The notes under the pieces were generated by a model, which did not search any database, was not told the DNA's origin, and was given only the letters and a program-made list of their open reading frames with translations. 64,000 bases of DNA. Source: an uncultured bacterium. Its GTDB lineage: Bacteria; Auribacterota; Erginobacteria; Erginobacterales; Erginobacteraceae. Within the stretch, counting starts at the first letter, position 1. Each line of letters starts with the position of its first letter. The stretch covers positions 1-64,000 of the forward strand of contig CAWGIE010000039.1 of the NCBI GenBank assembly GCA_963822585.1. The letters are read 5' to 3'. Of this stretch, positions 19,380 to 29,359 are shown in pieces. The position numbers were made by a program, and so were the translations under genes.

Positions 19380-20194
19380 CTACCTCTCTTCGTCTTCCTC
19401 GCTGGCAACAGGACGAGCAAAGCGAATCCGGCTCAACTGATCGACATCCAGGGTAACCATTTGATCATCGGAAACCTGCATCTGGATCTGGGTGGGTTCA
19501 AGGAAACCGCTGATGATATCCCCGTTCTTCAATTTGGCGACCTGCTGGAGAACCTCAGCTTCACGGTCTATCAGGATTTCACTGATCAGGTCCCGGTCCA
19601 GAATAAGGGTGCCATAAGCGGTCCTGATTTTATACCGGGGAGCAAGTAGTTCCCCGGAGATAATATCTCCCTCAAAGGTAATCAACCGATCCTCGACCTG
19701 CGGCGGGGGAATGATGGGAGGGATATAGGCGGAAGCCTCCCCCCCACCGGGTTTCCGTTTTCATCCACAAAGACCAGCCCCCGGACCAGAGTGGCGTTGA
19801 TCTCGAAAGGGCCGTACCCCGACCAGCCCTTCATATTATAATCGTCGACAAAGAACTCCGTGAAATCATCCTCGCTCCCGTCTCTGAACCGGACCCGCGT
19901 GATGAACCGGCTTATTTTCCGGGCTGACGCGACATCTTCGAAAGGAAGCGTGACCAGAGCCAGACTCTGACGCCAACGGGCCCGAAACGCCTGGCTGTCG
20001 ATCTGATAGTTCTTTTCAAATACCTTGAAGTTACAGAGATTGATCTGTTGATTGTCAACGGTGTGGATCTGGACGTTATAATCGGGGGGCGGGGGCGTCG
20101 TAGCGCAGGCCGCCAGGATACTGCAGATCCCGGCCGGGATGATCCCCTGCAGGCCCCGTTTCAGTACCGAAAAGTATCGGCATTTCATTATCAC
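19380..20194 (-). CDS. Hypothetical lipoprotein, one gene split by a frameshift at the C7 run 19739-19745
   Basis: ILAAC lipobox. Shifting frame at the homopolymer joins 19682-20194 to 19380-19685 through GEASAYIPPIIPPPQVEDRLITF. Confidence 0.6.
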
Positions 20195-20303
20195 AGCTCC
20201 TATATTTATTTATCTATTGCTAATACGGAAGATACCCGGCGTTTGTTCAACCGGATTTCTTTCGACCTCCGCCAGAATAGAACATACGTGAAGGATTTCC
20301 CAC

Positions 20304-21707
20304 TTATTTTTTACGGCAATCGTAAAAAATGATTCTCTCCCGAGGCTCATTGAAGACCGCCACCGGCTGATACCGGGAAAGATATGACTGGACGCGGGGA
20401 TCGAGCCAGAAGCGACTTTCCTGGATGATAATAAACTTCAAGCGGGGCTCCGCCGCCAATTTTTCCATGGTCTCGCCGATATCGGCCAGGCCAGCCTTGA
20501 ACCGCATGTAATTCGTGTCCACCATGTCCAGCGCTATTGCCCGACCGGTCATTAAAGCCAGAAGGGGGACGGTCGTCACGTGCCCGAAGAGCAGGTCGTC
20601 TGCGGTAGAGTTCTGCAGTATAAATTCCCGGCACTGATCCGCGGTCTCAAAACCCGTTCCCTTTTCATGCGGGATATAGCGTCGAACGTCATCAGCGCTG
20701 AAAACCAAAAGGAGCATTACCGCGGCGGCACCGGCCGCCCTCCGGGGGCCCTTCGCCGGGAAACGCCTAACGACCCCGGCCAGACTAACCGCTCCGATCC
20801 AGGCCAGAAACGGGATGGGAAGCATGAAGTATTGGGTAAAGAGCGGATTGAGTCCCCCCAGAAGCACCAGGTACATTAAGGCGGCGCCCAGGACCGTGGT
20901 GCGCTTTGCGGTCCGGGGAGTCCACGCGTACAGGAAAGGGAGGAAAAAAATCAGGATATTGCGCCGGAGCACCCGAAGATAGATGTCGGCCACCAGTTCC
21001 GGACCACGCGGTTTCAGAAAGTGATAGATATATACCGGGGTGAGATATTTATCCCCGAAGCAGAGCAGAAAAAGCCCGTTAACGGAACCGAAAATAATGA
21101 GAAAACCGCCCAGGAATCCTAACAGGAGCGCATACCGGTCGCGGCGCAGCAGATAATATAGACACGGCAGCGTTCCCCAGGGAAGGGCATAAAGACCGGT
21201 TATTGAAGCACAGCCCCAGAAGAGTCCGGATATCAGCGGCCGGTCGGCAAGAAAAAAATAGAGACTGGCAATCAGGAAGAAGGCGGTCAGGTTGAGCCCG
21301 AAGGGATGCGTGGTGACCTTCAGCAGCTCGTAGCTGAAAAGGAACACAATTAAAAAAAAGCAGCCGGCCAGGCTTTCTTTTTTCTTCCAGAATTGTAGAT
21401 AAAGAAGGCCTCCCCCCGCTAAAACCGGAAGAACGGCGGTCAATTTGAGGGCAAGCAGGTTGAAGCCGAAGAGAGTGTACACCAAGGCCAGGAGAAGCAG
21501 CTGCAGGGGGGGATGGGCGAAAAAAAAGTCCCGGTAGAAAAGCTTTCCCTCGCTCATCAGCCGGGCCATATAGAAATACGCGTTCTCATCCCCGCCCACC
21601 GTGTAGTGTAAGCCGTAGCTTTTCAGCCAGAGAAAACCGGCCGAAATCAGGACCAGGAGGGGCCATTTAAGATAGATGAATCGCTGTCGTATCCTTATTT
21701 CTTCCAT
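20304..21707 (-). CDS. GT-C membrane glycosyltransferase (ArnT/PMT-like)
   Basis: TM1 followed by DENAY..A, then HPPL; many TMs; soluble C-terminal domain. Confidence 0.75.
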   Translation of the reverse strand: MEEIRIRQRFIYLKWPLLVLISAGFLWLKSYGLHYTVGGDENAYFYMARLMSEGKLFYRDFFFAHPPLQLLLLALVYTLFGFNLLALKLTAVLPVLAGGGLLYLQFWKKKESLAGCFFLIVFLFSYELLKVTTHPFGLNLTAFFLIASLYFFLADRPLISGLFWGCASITGLYALPWGTLPCLYYLLRRDRYALLLGFLGGFLIIFGSVNGLFLLCFGDKYLTPVYIYHFLKPRGPELVADIYLRVLRRNILIFFLPFLYAWTPRTAKRTTVLGAALMYLVLLGGLNPLFTQYFMLPIPFLAWIGAVSLAGVVRRFPAKGPRRAAGAAAVMLLLVFSADDVRRYIPHEKGTGFETADQCREFILQNSTADDLLFGHVTTVPLLALMTGRAIALDMVDTNYMRFKAGLADIGETMEKLAAEPRLKFIIIQESRFWLDPRVQSYLSRYQPVAVFNEPRERIIFYDCRKK

Positions 21708-21844
21708 CTTCGCATATCCCTGTTAGATTAACAGATAATGTACCACGAAGAACACGAAGGACACGAAGGGAAAAAATAATGTGATTGCCCGGATGATGAA
21801 GTCAGAACGTAATATCCCGACAAAATCACATCGCACCTGCAACG

Positions 21845-21883
21845 AAAAAAAAGCTGCCCCCGCCGTCCGGCGGGGGCAGCTTT
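21845..21883 (-). terminator. Rho-independent terminator of the porin gene
   Basis: AAAGCTGCCCCCGCC-loop-GGCGGGGGCAGCTTT plus T-run on the minus strand. Confidence 0.85.
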
Positions 21884-21911
21884 CATATACTTAATTTTTC
21901 CGGAGGAAAAA

Positions 21912-23246
21912 TTAAAAGCTGATCTGAATCTCCCCCCGAATTTCCAAAACATCCTTGGGGTCTTCTTCATTGGACGGGAGATCATAGGCCTTTCCCGGCT
22001 TGAACCAGGCGAAGACCAGCTGGGTGGAGACATCTTCGGTATAATCATACTCGCCGATGAGATCCAGCTCCATCCCCAGGTTCTTGTCCGAACCGCTGGT
22101 CATAGCGCTGACGCCGCCGTTATCCATGTCCGGGTTTCCCATGACCATGGCCCGGTCCTGGGCCTGATTGTACCAGTAGAAATCAACCACGATCGTGGTG
22201 TCCTCGGAGGGAAGAATGCTGGCCTGGGCGTTGAAGATCCCGATGTTGGAGAGCCGGGGAGAATACGCGTATCCGTAATAGTTGTAGTTGAAGAGCGGAT
22301 CGAACGTGGCCTCGTCGGGGTTAGTCGCGTCATCGCCCTTGTCTCCGGAGCCATAGGTATAGGAAACCGCGATCGCGGGCTCCCAGGTGACATCGAAGAC
22401 ATAGACCATGCCGACGTCGAAACCGAAGGCGCGGATGCTGTCGTCTTCAGTCATGCTCAGAGTTTGGTATTTGCCGAACTCATAGGCAAATTCTCCCCAG
22501 ATATCGAACGCTTCCACCGGCGAGGCGTCGAACCGGAACCCCACGGCGATCGGGGCCTGCTTCAGGTCTCCGTAGTCCTGATCGAACTGATCCCGGATGC
22601 CGAAGACGTATCCTTCCATGGACCAGAGATCGGCCTGATAGTTCATGTTGAGGCCGAAGAGATCCTCGTCATCGCCTCCCTTGTAAAGAACGCTGTCATT
22701 CACCGTGTCCGACTCAACCAGACGGGAGTAAAAAAGGTCAATTGTCCAGGGGTAAAAATCGAAGATATTCCTCCAGCAGTCGAACTTGTATTCCCATTCC
22801 CGGCTGCTGATCAGGAAACCACGGCCGTAGTTGAGATACTGACGGCCGATCTTGGTTGTCCAGGGGCTATAAAACATTTCGCTCAGCTGGATATATGCCT
22901 CGGCAATGTTCACGTCCCAATTATTGTCTTCTTTAGTGTACGTGGTAGTCCCCATGGAATCGGTATCGCTGGCCACGATCTTCTGGCCCCAGTCTCCATC
23001 AGCCTCAACGGTGGAGACCGCCCAGACATTGTCGGTCAGATCGGCCTCGGCGGAAACCCGGGTGCGCTGGCGGATATAGTAATCATCCGTTTGTTCCGTA
23101 GAATCCACGCTGTAGAGGTTCTTGGTGTAGTATGCCCGGGTACGGATATCGCCTCCCAGCCGGACATTCTGCACCTCCGCCTTCAACGCGGCCGAAACGC
23201 CCAACAGCAGCGTCACAGCCAGTAAAACAGACATCAACCTTTTCAT
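21912..23246 (-). CDS. Alginate-export family outer-membrane beta-barrel (probable porin)
   Basis: Signal peptide; GDIRTR, QRTRV..ADL, EAYIQL, KIGRQ..YG, GSGD and LGMELD motifs; C-terminal Phe; GAGGAGG RBS. Confidence 0.8.
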   Translation of the reverse strand: MKRLMSVLLAVTLLLGVSAALKAEVQNVRLGGDIRTRAYYTKNLYSVDSTEQTDDYYIRQRTRVSAEADLTDNVWAVSTVEADGDWGQKIVASDTDSMGTTTYTKEDNNWDVNIAEAYIQLSEMFYSPWTTKIGRQYLNYGRGFLISSREWEYKFDCWRNIFDFYPWTIDLFYSRLVESDTVNDSVLYKGGDDEDLFGLNMNYQADLWSMEGYVFGIRDQFDQDYGDLKQAPIAVGFRFDASPVEAFDIWGEFAYEFGKYQTLSMTEDDSIRAFGFDVGMVYVFDVTWEPAIAVSYTYGSGDKGDDATNPDEATFDPLFNYNYYGYAYSPRLSNIGIFNAQASILPSEDTTIVVDFYWYNQAQDRAMVMGNPDMDNGGVSAMTSGSDKNLGMELDLIGEYDYTEDVSTQLVFAWFKPGKAYDLPSNEEDPKDVLEIRGEIQISF

Positions 23247-23392
23247 ATAACAACCTCCTCAGTACCGGTTAACAGTTCCCATCTATCTATATCCATCTCT
23301 CCACCCGGGAGTAATGGGTTATTCTTCCGAATCTTCTCCAGCGTGCGGGATGGCTATTTTCGGCTCGAAACTATCAGTAACAAAATATTCCG

Positions 23393-24034
23393 TCAAGCGC
23401 TAATTTCGCTCAGGAGGCTGACCAACTCTTCCCGGGCCAGGCCGGCAAACATGCTCTGCGGGAAACGTTCGATCACCGACCGGTAAGACTCCAGGGCTTC
23501 ATTATTCCGGCCCAATCCGGCCAGGCAACGACCCCTGTTCACGCCGGCTTCGGGCACCAGGGAGGAAGCGGGATACCGCGACTCGATCAATCCATAACCG
23601 GCGACCGCCTCCTCCAGCTTCCCCTTGCTCTCCAGACAATAAGCCACCCCCATCTGCGCGAAAGCCGCCAGCGGGTGTTCCGGATACTTGCTGATAAACA
23701 GCTGATAGGTTTCTTCTGCCTGATCAAACTCTCCTTCATCGTAAAGTACGGCGGCAAGCTGGATGAGAGCCAGGGCGCCGGAGGGGGTATTGGGGAATTG
23801 ATCGAAGACAGCCCGGAGATCTTCTTTGGAGCGCGCCTGGCTGAGATCGCTCTCTCCCTTTTCCACCCGGCTGGCGGCATGATAGAAGACGGCGGCGAAG
23901 ACAACGACCGCCAGAACCAGGATGACGCTCAGGGCGATAAAGGCGACCTGGTATCTTTGCATGAATGTTGCCGTGGTGGCGACGGCATCTACCAGGCCGT
24001 CGTGTTTCATTTCTTTTACCGTGATTTTCTTCAT
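23393..24034 (-). CDS. Membrane-anchored TPR protein (YfgM-like)
   Basis: Single N-terminal TM followed by TPR repeats with YP/FP turns. Confidence 0.8.
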   Translation of the reverse strand: MKKITVKEMKHDGLVDAVATTATFMQRYQVAFIALSVILVLAVVVFAAVFYHAASRVEKGESDLSQARSKEDLRAVFDQFPNTPSGALALIQLAAVLYDEGEFDQAEETYQLFISKYPEHPLAAFAQMGVAYCLESKGKLEEAVAGYGLIESRYPASSLVPEAGVNRGRCLAGLGRNNEALESYRSVIERFPQSMFAGLAREELVSLLSEISA

Positions 24035-24237
24035 ATATTAGTTCCCGCAGTCTACCCCGATAAAATCGGGGATCGCTAATTTATGTTTTGAGCCCAGACC
24101 ATAATGATTCCATTGGGGCAATACCGGTAACATAAAATACTCCTGAAATAGTATTTCACCGCTTGCGCATTCTTATTTTTCCGCAGAAAAATAAGATAGA
24201 TAATAGTAATAACTTCCCCGGGAAAACAAGTTTAATT

Positions 24238-27063
24238 TTATTGAGTCGCCGGCGGCACGACCCGGTACATGAGAAAGGTCTCATCCACGGCCGGGTCGCG
24301 CTCATAGTGAATTAGTTTAAAATGCTCTAGGTCGCGGTAGCGGTAGAGCAGCCGGTAGAGCATCGCCTGCTGAAGCTGGGTCACATTCATGATGCCCATC
24401 TGCTGTGGCTGGTAGATAATATCCGGGGAGAAGCTGTACTGGAACTCACCGGTCTCCTTGTTATACCGGAGGAGCTTGAAGTACTTCGAGGAAATCATCA
24501 CGTACTCAATACCCAGAGAAGCGAGGGTAGCGGCCGCCTCCTTTTCCGACTGCCAGTAGAGCCGGGGTAAATCAAAATCAATCCTCTGGGGAGTAAGCTC
24601 CGAATGAAGTCCGGAGATCGCTTCAGCCATATAGCCGTCGCTCCAGGGAACAAAAATTTTCCCTTTCCCCCCGGTATGCTGGCCCAGCCAGTGGTAAACC
24701 CGATACTCACCCTCCGTGCTTTTGGGGGTCTGGTTCATGGACGGGATGATCGTGGCAAAAAGCCAGCAGACCGCCACCACCCCCACCAGGTAGTTTTTGA
24801 ATTCCTGCCTTCTCCGGGGCCAGAGCAGAATAAAGAGCAGGGCGCCGAACAAGGGGGGCGCGATCAAATACCACGAAGACCAGAAATTCTCTACCCCCAG
24901 GAACAAAAGAAGAAGACCGAGGAGAGGTATTACCCCAAAAGCCGTTTTAAAAAGGGTGCCGAGAAGCCAGCGGCGGCCCGGCCGGTCCGGGACCGGAAGG
25001 GCGATTGCGAACAGGAGCATGAGGAGGCCCGGCACGATCAGGCAGACCTGGACTGACCACTGTTCGCGGACCGCGCCGATGTACCGGTTGAGCCCGGCGA
25101 GAATGGAGTTGATGGCCTCAACCTGCGCCTTCGGTTCGAGTCCGACAATTCCAGGCAGGAGCCGGAGCGCTTCCGGTTTCCCCAGCTCCCGGGCCCGGAA
25201 GATCAGCCCTCCCAACACTCCTCCCGCCACTACCCAGAGGACAGTGAGGGCGAAGATCGCCCAGATCCATCTCGGCCAGACCGAATGTACCACCCGCTCC
25301 CTGATGACAAGGACCATCAACCCCGCCAGCGCGGCCGAGAAAAGGATAAACAGATACCTGAAACCGGGGGCCGTTTCAAGCAGACCGCCGGATATATAGG
25401 GGAGAGAGAAGATTCCCGCGCTGTCCCGGAGGGATGGCCAAGACAAGAAGATAAAGGCCGCCAGGAGCGCGAAGAGACTCAGAATGAGAGTGACCATACC
25501 GGCGGCCGTTCGCCGGCCGACCGCCGGCCATTGCAGGGAATAATAAATAAAGACCGCGGCGGCCGGGAAAAAAACGGCGTATTCCGTCGAATACTTCCCC
25601 CCGAAAACGCCGATAATAAAACACATCCAGAGAGCCAGGATCCAGCCGTAGATAGGGCGCCAATTGACAAATGCCAGGGCCCCCATCAGGGCAAATCCGA
25701 AGGTCAGGGGACGGGTTCCCCGGTCAGCGGCCAGAGACATCAGAAAGCCGGAAAGAATGAGCGCCCAGCCGAGGACGTCCTTTTTTCGGAACGCGATCCA
25801 GAGACCGACCGGAAGGAAGAAGAGGAGAAAATTAAACCGGAGCCAGTAGTCGCCCAGAGAACTCCCCAAAAGATCTCCGGAGCCGGCCTTGATCTGGGCG
25901 CGAACGTCGATCCCCCGTGTCTGGAGAGCAAGGTCATAGGTCTTTTCCATCATCTGCGGGGTGACCTCGAAATGGAGCAACACGATTATGGTGAAGAGGA
26001 GAACCAGGAAGATGGCGACCGCGAGGGGGAAGAGAGCCTTTTCGATCCGTGAATAGGAGTAAAGAAGACCCGTGACCAGCGCGGTGAAGAAAACCACAAA
26101 CAGCCAGCCCCAGACGCTTTCAACGGCAAGGTCCTCTCCCAGGACACGGTACTGGATTAAAATCCACCCGAAAAGGAAGACGGAGGCGGCCAGGAGAGCG
26201 AGCAGCGGGAGGGGCCGGCCGCCGCGTATCCCCAGGCGTACCACTTCCCAGATCCCGATAAAGACCGCCAGCACTCCCAGAGTGATCAGGATGGCCTTCA
26301 GGCTGACATGGCCGAAAATAAAGCTGCCCCCGAAATAAACAACGGCCAGCGTGAGCAGCGGCGTGAGGATCAAAGCCAGAATCCGGGGCAGAGGATGATC
26401 GCCCAGGAGGGAGACGACCGCCTGCCAGAGAAGATAGATGGCGATGGTCCCGGCCCCCACATAAATCGTGGGTCCGACATGAAACCCCAGGAAAAGCGCG
26501 AGAATACTCAGCCCGGCGTAAGGCAGTTTTTTCCAGCCCGTTCTCCGCACGGCCGCCGCCGCGCCGTAAATGGAGAGAATCAGGTAGGGATAGGCGAAGA
26601 TATCATGGGTCACGGTGCCGGCGCTGTTGAACATGGGTAGGACCATGGAGCCGTACAGTATCCCGGCCAAAAAGCCGGTCTTTTTCTCATGAACTTCCGA
26701 GACAAAGAGGCAGAAGAGGGCCGCGTTCAGGGAGGAACTGAGCGATGAAACGAGGTATGTCCCATAGAGAAGCGGCAGCCCGCCCAGGAAAAACCCCAGG
26801 GTCCTCAGTATCCACAGAGTCGGATCCCAGACGGAATAAAGATCGAAGGTCCCCCGGGCGACACCGTAATAGAACCATAGTTCTATACCGCTCACCGTGT
26901 GCCAGCCCCAACGGAGAAAAAAAATCAGGGTAACGATTACCCGCTCGGAAAGACAGAGCAGGAAAACAAAACCTATCAGCCTCCAGAGGGGGCAGTCTTC
27001 AATCCGTTCCCAGAAACCTGTCTTCTCTTCCGGGATCACATTTTGGACTTTCCGTATTCCCAT
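24238..27063 (-). CDS. Large polytopic GT-C protein, divergent STT3/AglB/PglB-like
   Basis: IELWFYY after TM1, GTVTHD, many TMs, and C-terminal YHWL...IFVPWSDGY...EKEAAATLASLGIEYVMI...LYRL resembling the STT3 soluble domain. Confidence 0.6.
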   Translation of the reverse strand: MGIRKVQNVIPEEKTGFWERIEDCPLWRLIGFVFLLCLSERVIVTLIFFLRWGWHTVSGIELWFYYGVARGTFDLYSVWDPTLWILRTLGFFLGGLPLLYGTYLVSSLSSSLNAALFCLFVSEVHEKKTGFLAGILYGSMVLPMFNSAGTVTHDIFAYPYLILSIYGAAAAVRRTGWKKLPYAGLSILALFLGFHVGPTIYVGAGTIAIYLLWQAVVSLLGDHPLPRILALILTPLLTLAVVYFGGSFIFGHVSLKAILITLGVLAVFIGIWEVVRLGIRGGRPLPLLALLAASVFLFGWILIQYRVLGEDLAVESVWGWLFVVFFTALVTGLLYSYSRIEKALFPLAVAIFLVLLFTIIVLLHFEVTPQMMEKTYDLALQTRGIDVRAQIKAGSGDLLGSSLGDYWLRFNFLLFFLPVGLWIAFRKKDVLGWALILSGFLMSLAADRGTRPLTFGFALMGALAFVNWRPIYGWILALWMCFIIGVFGGKYSTEYAVFFPAAAVFIYYSLQWPAVGRRTAAGMVTLILSLFALLAAFIFLSWPSLRDSAGIFSLPYISGGLLETAPGFRYLFILFSAALAGLMVLVIRERVVHSVWPRWIWAIFALTVLWVVAGGVLGGLIFRARELGKPEALRLLPGIVGLEPKAQVEAINSILAGLNRYIGAVREQWSVQVCLIVPGLLMLLFAIALPVPDRPGRRWLLGTLFKTAFGVIPLLGLLLLFLGVENFWSSWYLIAPPLFGALLFILLWPRRRQEFKNYLVGVVAVCWLFATIIPSMNQTPKSTEGEYRVYHWLGQHTGGKGKIFVPWSDGYMAEAISGLHSELTPQRIDFDLPRLYWQSEKEAAATLASLGIEYVMISSKYFKLLRYNKETGEFQYSFSPDIIYQPQQMGIMNVTQLQQAMLYRLLYRYRDLEHFKLIHYERDPAVDETFLMYRVVPPATQ

Positions 27064-27260
27064 CGACGAGCTCCGTTCCGTGGGTCGCCAGCGCGGATGA
27101 CATTCACCCGTCTGATTGAGCAGGTAAGATACTCACTGGACGGGGTATTGACAACCTCATAGTTTAACAAGTTAGCGCTTCGCGCTAACTTGAAGTGGAA
27201 AGTGTAAAGTTGAAAGTGTGAAGGGACCTGACACTTTATAATTCAACTTCATACCAAGTT

Positions 27261-27376
27261 GCGCCGGAGGCGCTAACTTGCTGTTTCGGAATTTCAATAA
27301 ATCGGGCCGACACAGCGGTCGGCCCCTACGTAGGGGAGGACCGCCGTGCCCTCCCTCAGTTGCGAAGCTGAGTTCT
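27261..27376. repeat. 116-bp element containing back-to-back GTAG-type REPs
   Basis: CGGGCCGACACAGCGGTCGGCCCCTAC-GTAGGGGAGG..CCTCCC; near-identical copy at 49481-49596. Confidence 0.9.
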
Positions 27377-27399
27377 TAAATAGTACGTCATCCGGCTAT

Positions 27400-29154
27400 T
27401 TAATGTTCATTACCCGAACGGTTGAGGCGGCCGAGGAGAGCGCGGGCTTTATCGGCCTTATTCCCTTCCGGGTACAGCGAGAGAAAGCATTCCAGGGCGG
27501 CGCGGGCCGCGACCGGTTTTCCCTGCCGGTAATTGATCACCCCGGCCCCGTATAGGGCGCCGCCGTAATTGCCGTTTAACCGCAGAGCCTTTTCAAAGGA
27601 TTCGATGGATTTCTCCGGCTCGCGGAGCCAGCTGTAGGACCAGCCCTGCCGGGTGAGCACCCGGGGCAGCAGTCGGGGAGCAAGGTCCGATTCCGCCAGG
27701 ATACCATATTCGGCGGCCGCCGGGCCGTACCGGCGAAGGGAATAGAGAGCATCGGCCAGAAGATACCGGGCGTCCAGATTATCCGGATCCGCCCGGAGGA
27801 GAGCTTCCAGCAGTAGTGCCGCCCCGGCGGCTTCCCCCCGGTCCATCTTTGTGCGGGCGTCTTCCAGGGAGACACGCTTCATAATCCGGGCATGGATGCC
27901 GGGGGCGATGGCGGAGAGGGCGGAGACCGGGGCCAGCGGCACCCGGAAATTCTCCAGGATCGGGGACGGGTAGGCGGCGATGATCTCCCCCCGGGAACGC
28001 TTCACCGGAAGGCAGTCGCGGAGCCGCGGGAGAGAAACGGGAACGATCCTCCCGAAATCGGGGCGGCTGACGCGGGGGATACCCTCGATCCGTTCCGCCG
28101 CCTGTTTGATCCGCGGATTCCGGTCAAGCCAAGCCCGGAGATCCGGAAACTCCCGGCAGGCTTCTCCCAGCGGCATGCCTGCCGGGACCGGCGCCAGGAG
28201 GTCCCCGGTTACATCGGGACGGATTTTCCAGGCCGCGCAAACGTCACGGATGGCCTGAGCGGCATCGATCACCACCTGTTGATGGCCGAAGACGACTTCG
28301 TCAGCCGGGCTCAGCGTCCCGGGTTCGAGATCGGGGAGGAGGGCATCCAGGTCCACGCGGCACCGATGGGCAATCTCCACCGTCGTGTCGTAGCATTCGG
28401 GGGGGAAGCCCAGGGCCCGCATCTCTTCTTCGCTCTTCAGGTAGTAATTGCGCACGTCCAATTCGAAGTCCGTGCCGTAACCGAAGCGGGTCTTGATGAT
28501 AACATCGTGGAACTCCCAGTCTTCCGGCCGGCGATAGTGCGCGTCATTGGTAACCACCGGGGTGACCCCAAAGCGCCGGGAAAGCTCAATCAGCCCCCGG
28601 TTGGCTTTCTCCTCGTCCGGGATGCCGTGCCGTCCCAGCTCGGGATAAAAATCCCGGCCGAAAATATCGAAGTAGCGCTGAAATTCTTTCGCGGCTTCCT
28701 CCAGACCGCCGGTGATATATTTCTGGGGAAGCGATCCCCAGAAACAAGCCGAGAGAGCGATCAAGCCTTCGTGGTACTCGGTGAGAAGTTTCCAGTCCAC
28801 CAGCCCCCTGATTTCACCGAAGCTGTTGTCCAGCCAGCTTCGGTTGACCATTCTGACCAGATTGGCGAACCCCCGGTTGTCCCGGGCCAGCAGGATCAGA
28901 TGATTACGATAGGGGTCGTTTTCCTCGATGCTCTTCCGGGCGTCTTCGACAAAGTAGACTTCACATCCGATGACCGGGTGAAGCCCGACTCTCCGGCAAC
29001 CCTGATAAAAAGGAACGCAATAATCGATGACACCGTGATCAGTGATGGCGAGCGCTTCCTGCCCCATCTCTTTGACGCAGGAGAGTTCACGCCCCGGGTC
29101 GAGGAGGCTGTCCGAGTAGGAACCGAGGAAATGGCAGTGCAGGTGAGCGAACAT
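27400..29154 (-). CDS. DnaE-derived PHP domain protein with thumb-like segment and C-terminal TPRs
   Basis: HLHCH, ITDHG, GCEVY, HLILLA, SAC, TNDAHY and YLKSEEEM; then AIRDV...IEGIPR; then TPRs. Start set at MFAHLH. Confidence 0.8.
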   Translation of the reverse strand: MFAHLHCHFLGSYSDSLLDPGRELSCVKEMGQEALAITDHGVIDYCVPFYQGCRRVGLHPVIGCEVYFVEDARKSIEENDPYRNHLILLARDNRGFANLVRMVNRSWLDNSFGEIRGLVDWKLLTEYHEGLIALSACFWGSLPQKYITGGLEEAAKEFQRYFDIFGRDFYPELGRHGIPDEEKANRGLIELSRRFGVTPVVTNDAHYRRPEDWEFHDVIIKTRFGYGTDFELDVRNYYLKSEEEMRALGFPPECYDTTVEIAHRCRVDLDALLPDLEPGTLSPADEVVFGHQQVVIDAAQAIRDVCAAWKIRPDVTGDLLAPVPAGMPLGEACREFPDLRAWLDRNPRIKQAAERIEGIPRVSRPDFGRIVPVSLPRLRDCLPVKRSRGEIIAAYPSPILENFRVPLAPVSALSAIAPGIHARIMKRVSLEDARTKMDRGEAAGAALLLEALLRADPDNLDARYLLADALYSLRRYGPAAAEYGILAESDLAPRLLPRVLTRQGWSYSWLREPEKSIESFEKALRLNGNYGGALYGAGVINYRQGKPVAARAALECFLSLYPEGNKADKARALLGRLNRSGNEH

Positions 29155-29159
29155 AAAAG

Positions 29160-29359
29160 AAAGTTTGAAGTGCCTAAAGTGAACTAAAGTGCCTAAAGTA
29201 GAAGAATTATAACTTACACGATGATATCTATCCAACTCTTACTTATTACTAAGGACGATATTATCAAACTATCTACCTGGGAATTACGAGCTAAACGCGA
29301 GGAGCGGGAGAGAGCGGAACAACTTTAGGCACTTTAGGCACTTCACACTTTAGGCACTT
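29160..29359. repeat. Inverted pair of AAAGTGCCT tandem runs around a unique ~120-bp loop
   Basis: AAGTGCCTAAAGTGAACTAAAGTGCCTAAAGT ... ACTTTAGGCACTTTAGGCACTTCACACTTTAGGCACTT; contains the rnhC stop codon. Confidence 0.8.

Noticed and set aside
27400..29235. Calling this gene dnaE, and using the 29235 start
   Set aside because: It lacks the PDxD catalytic palm, fingers and OB regions; the extra 27 N-terminal codons are read through a tandem repeat.
29221..29328. 35-codon ORF (MISIQLLL...) in the loop between AAAGTGCCT arms
   Set aside because: No RBS and no recognisable motif; likely chance.
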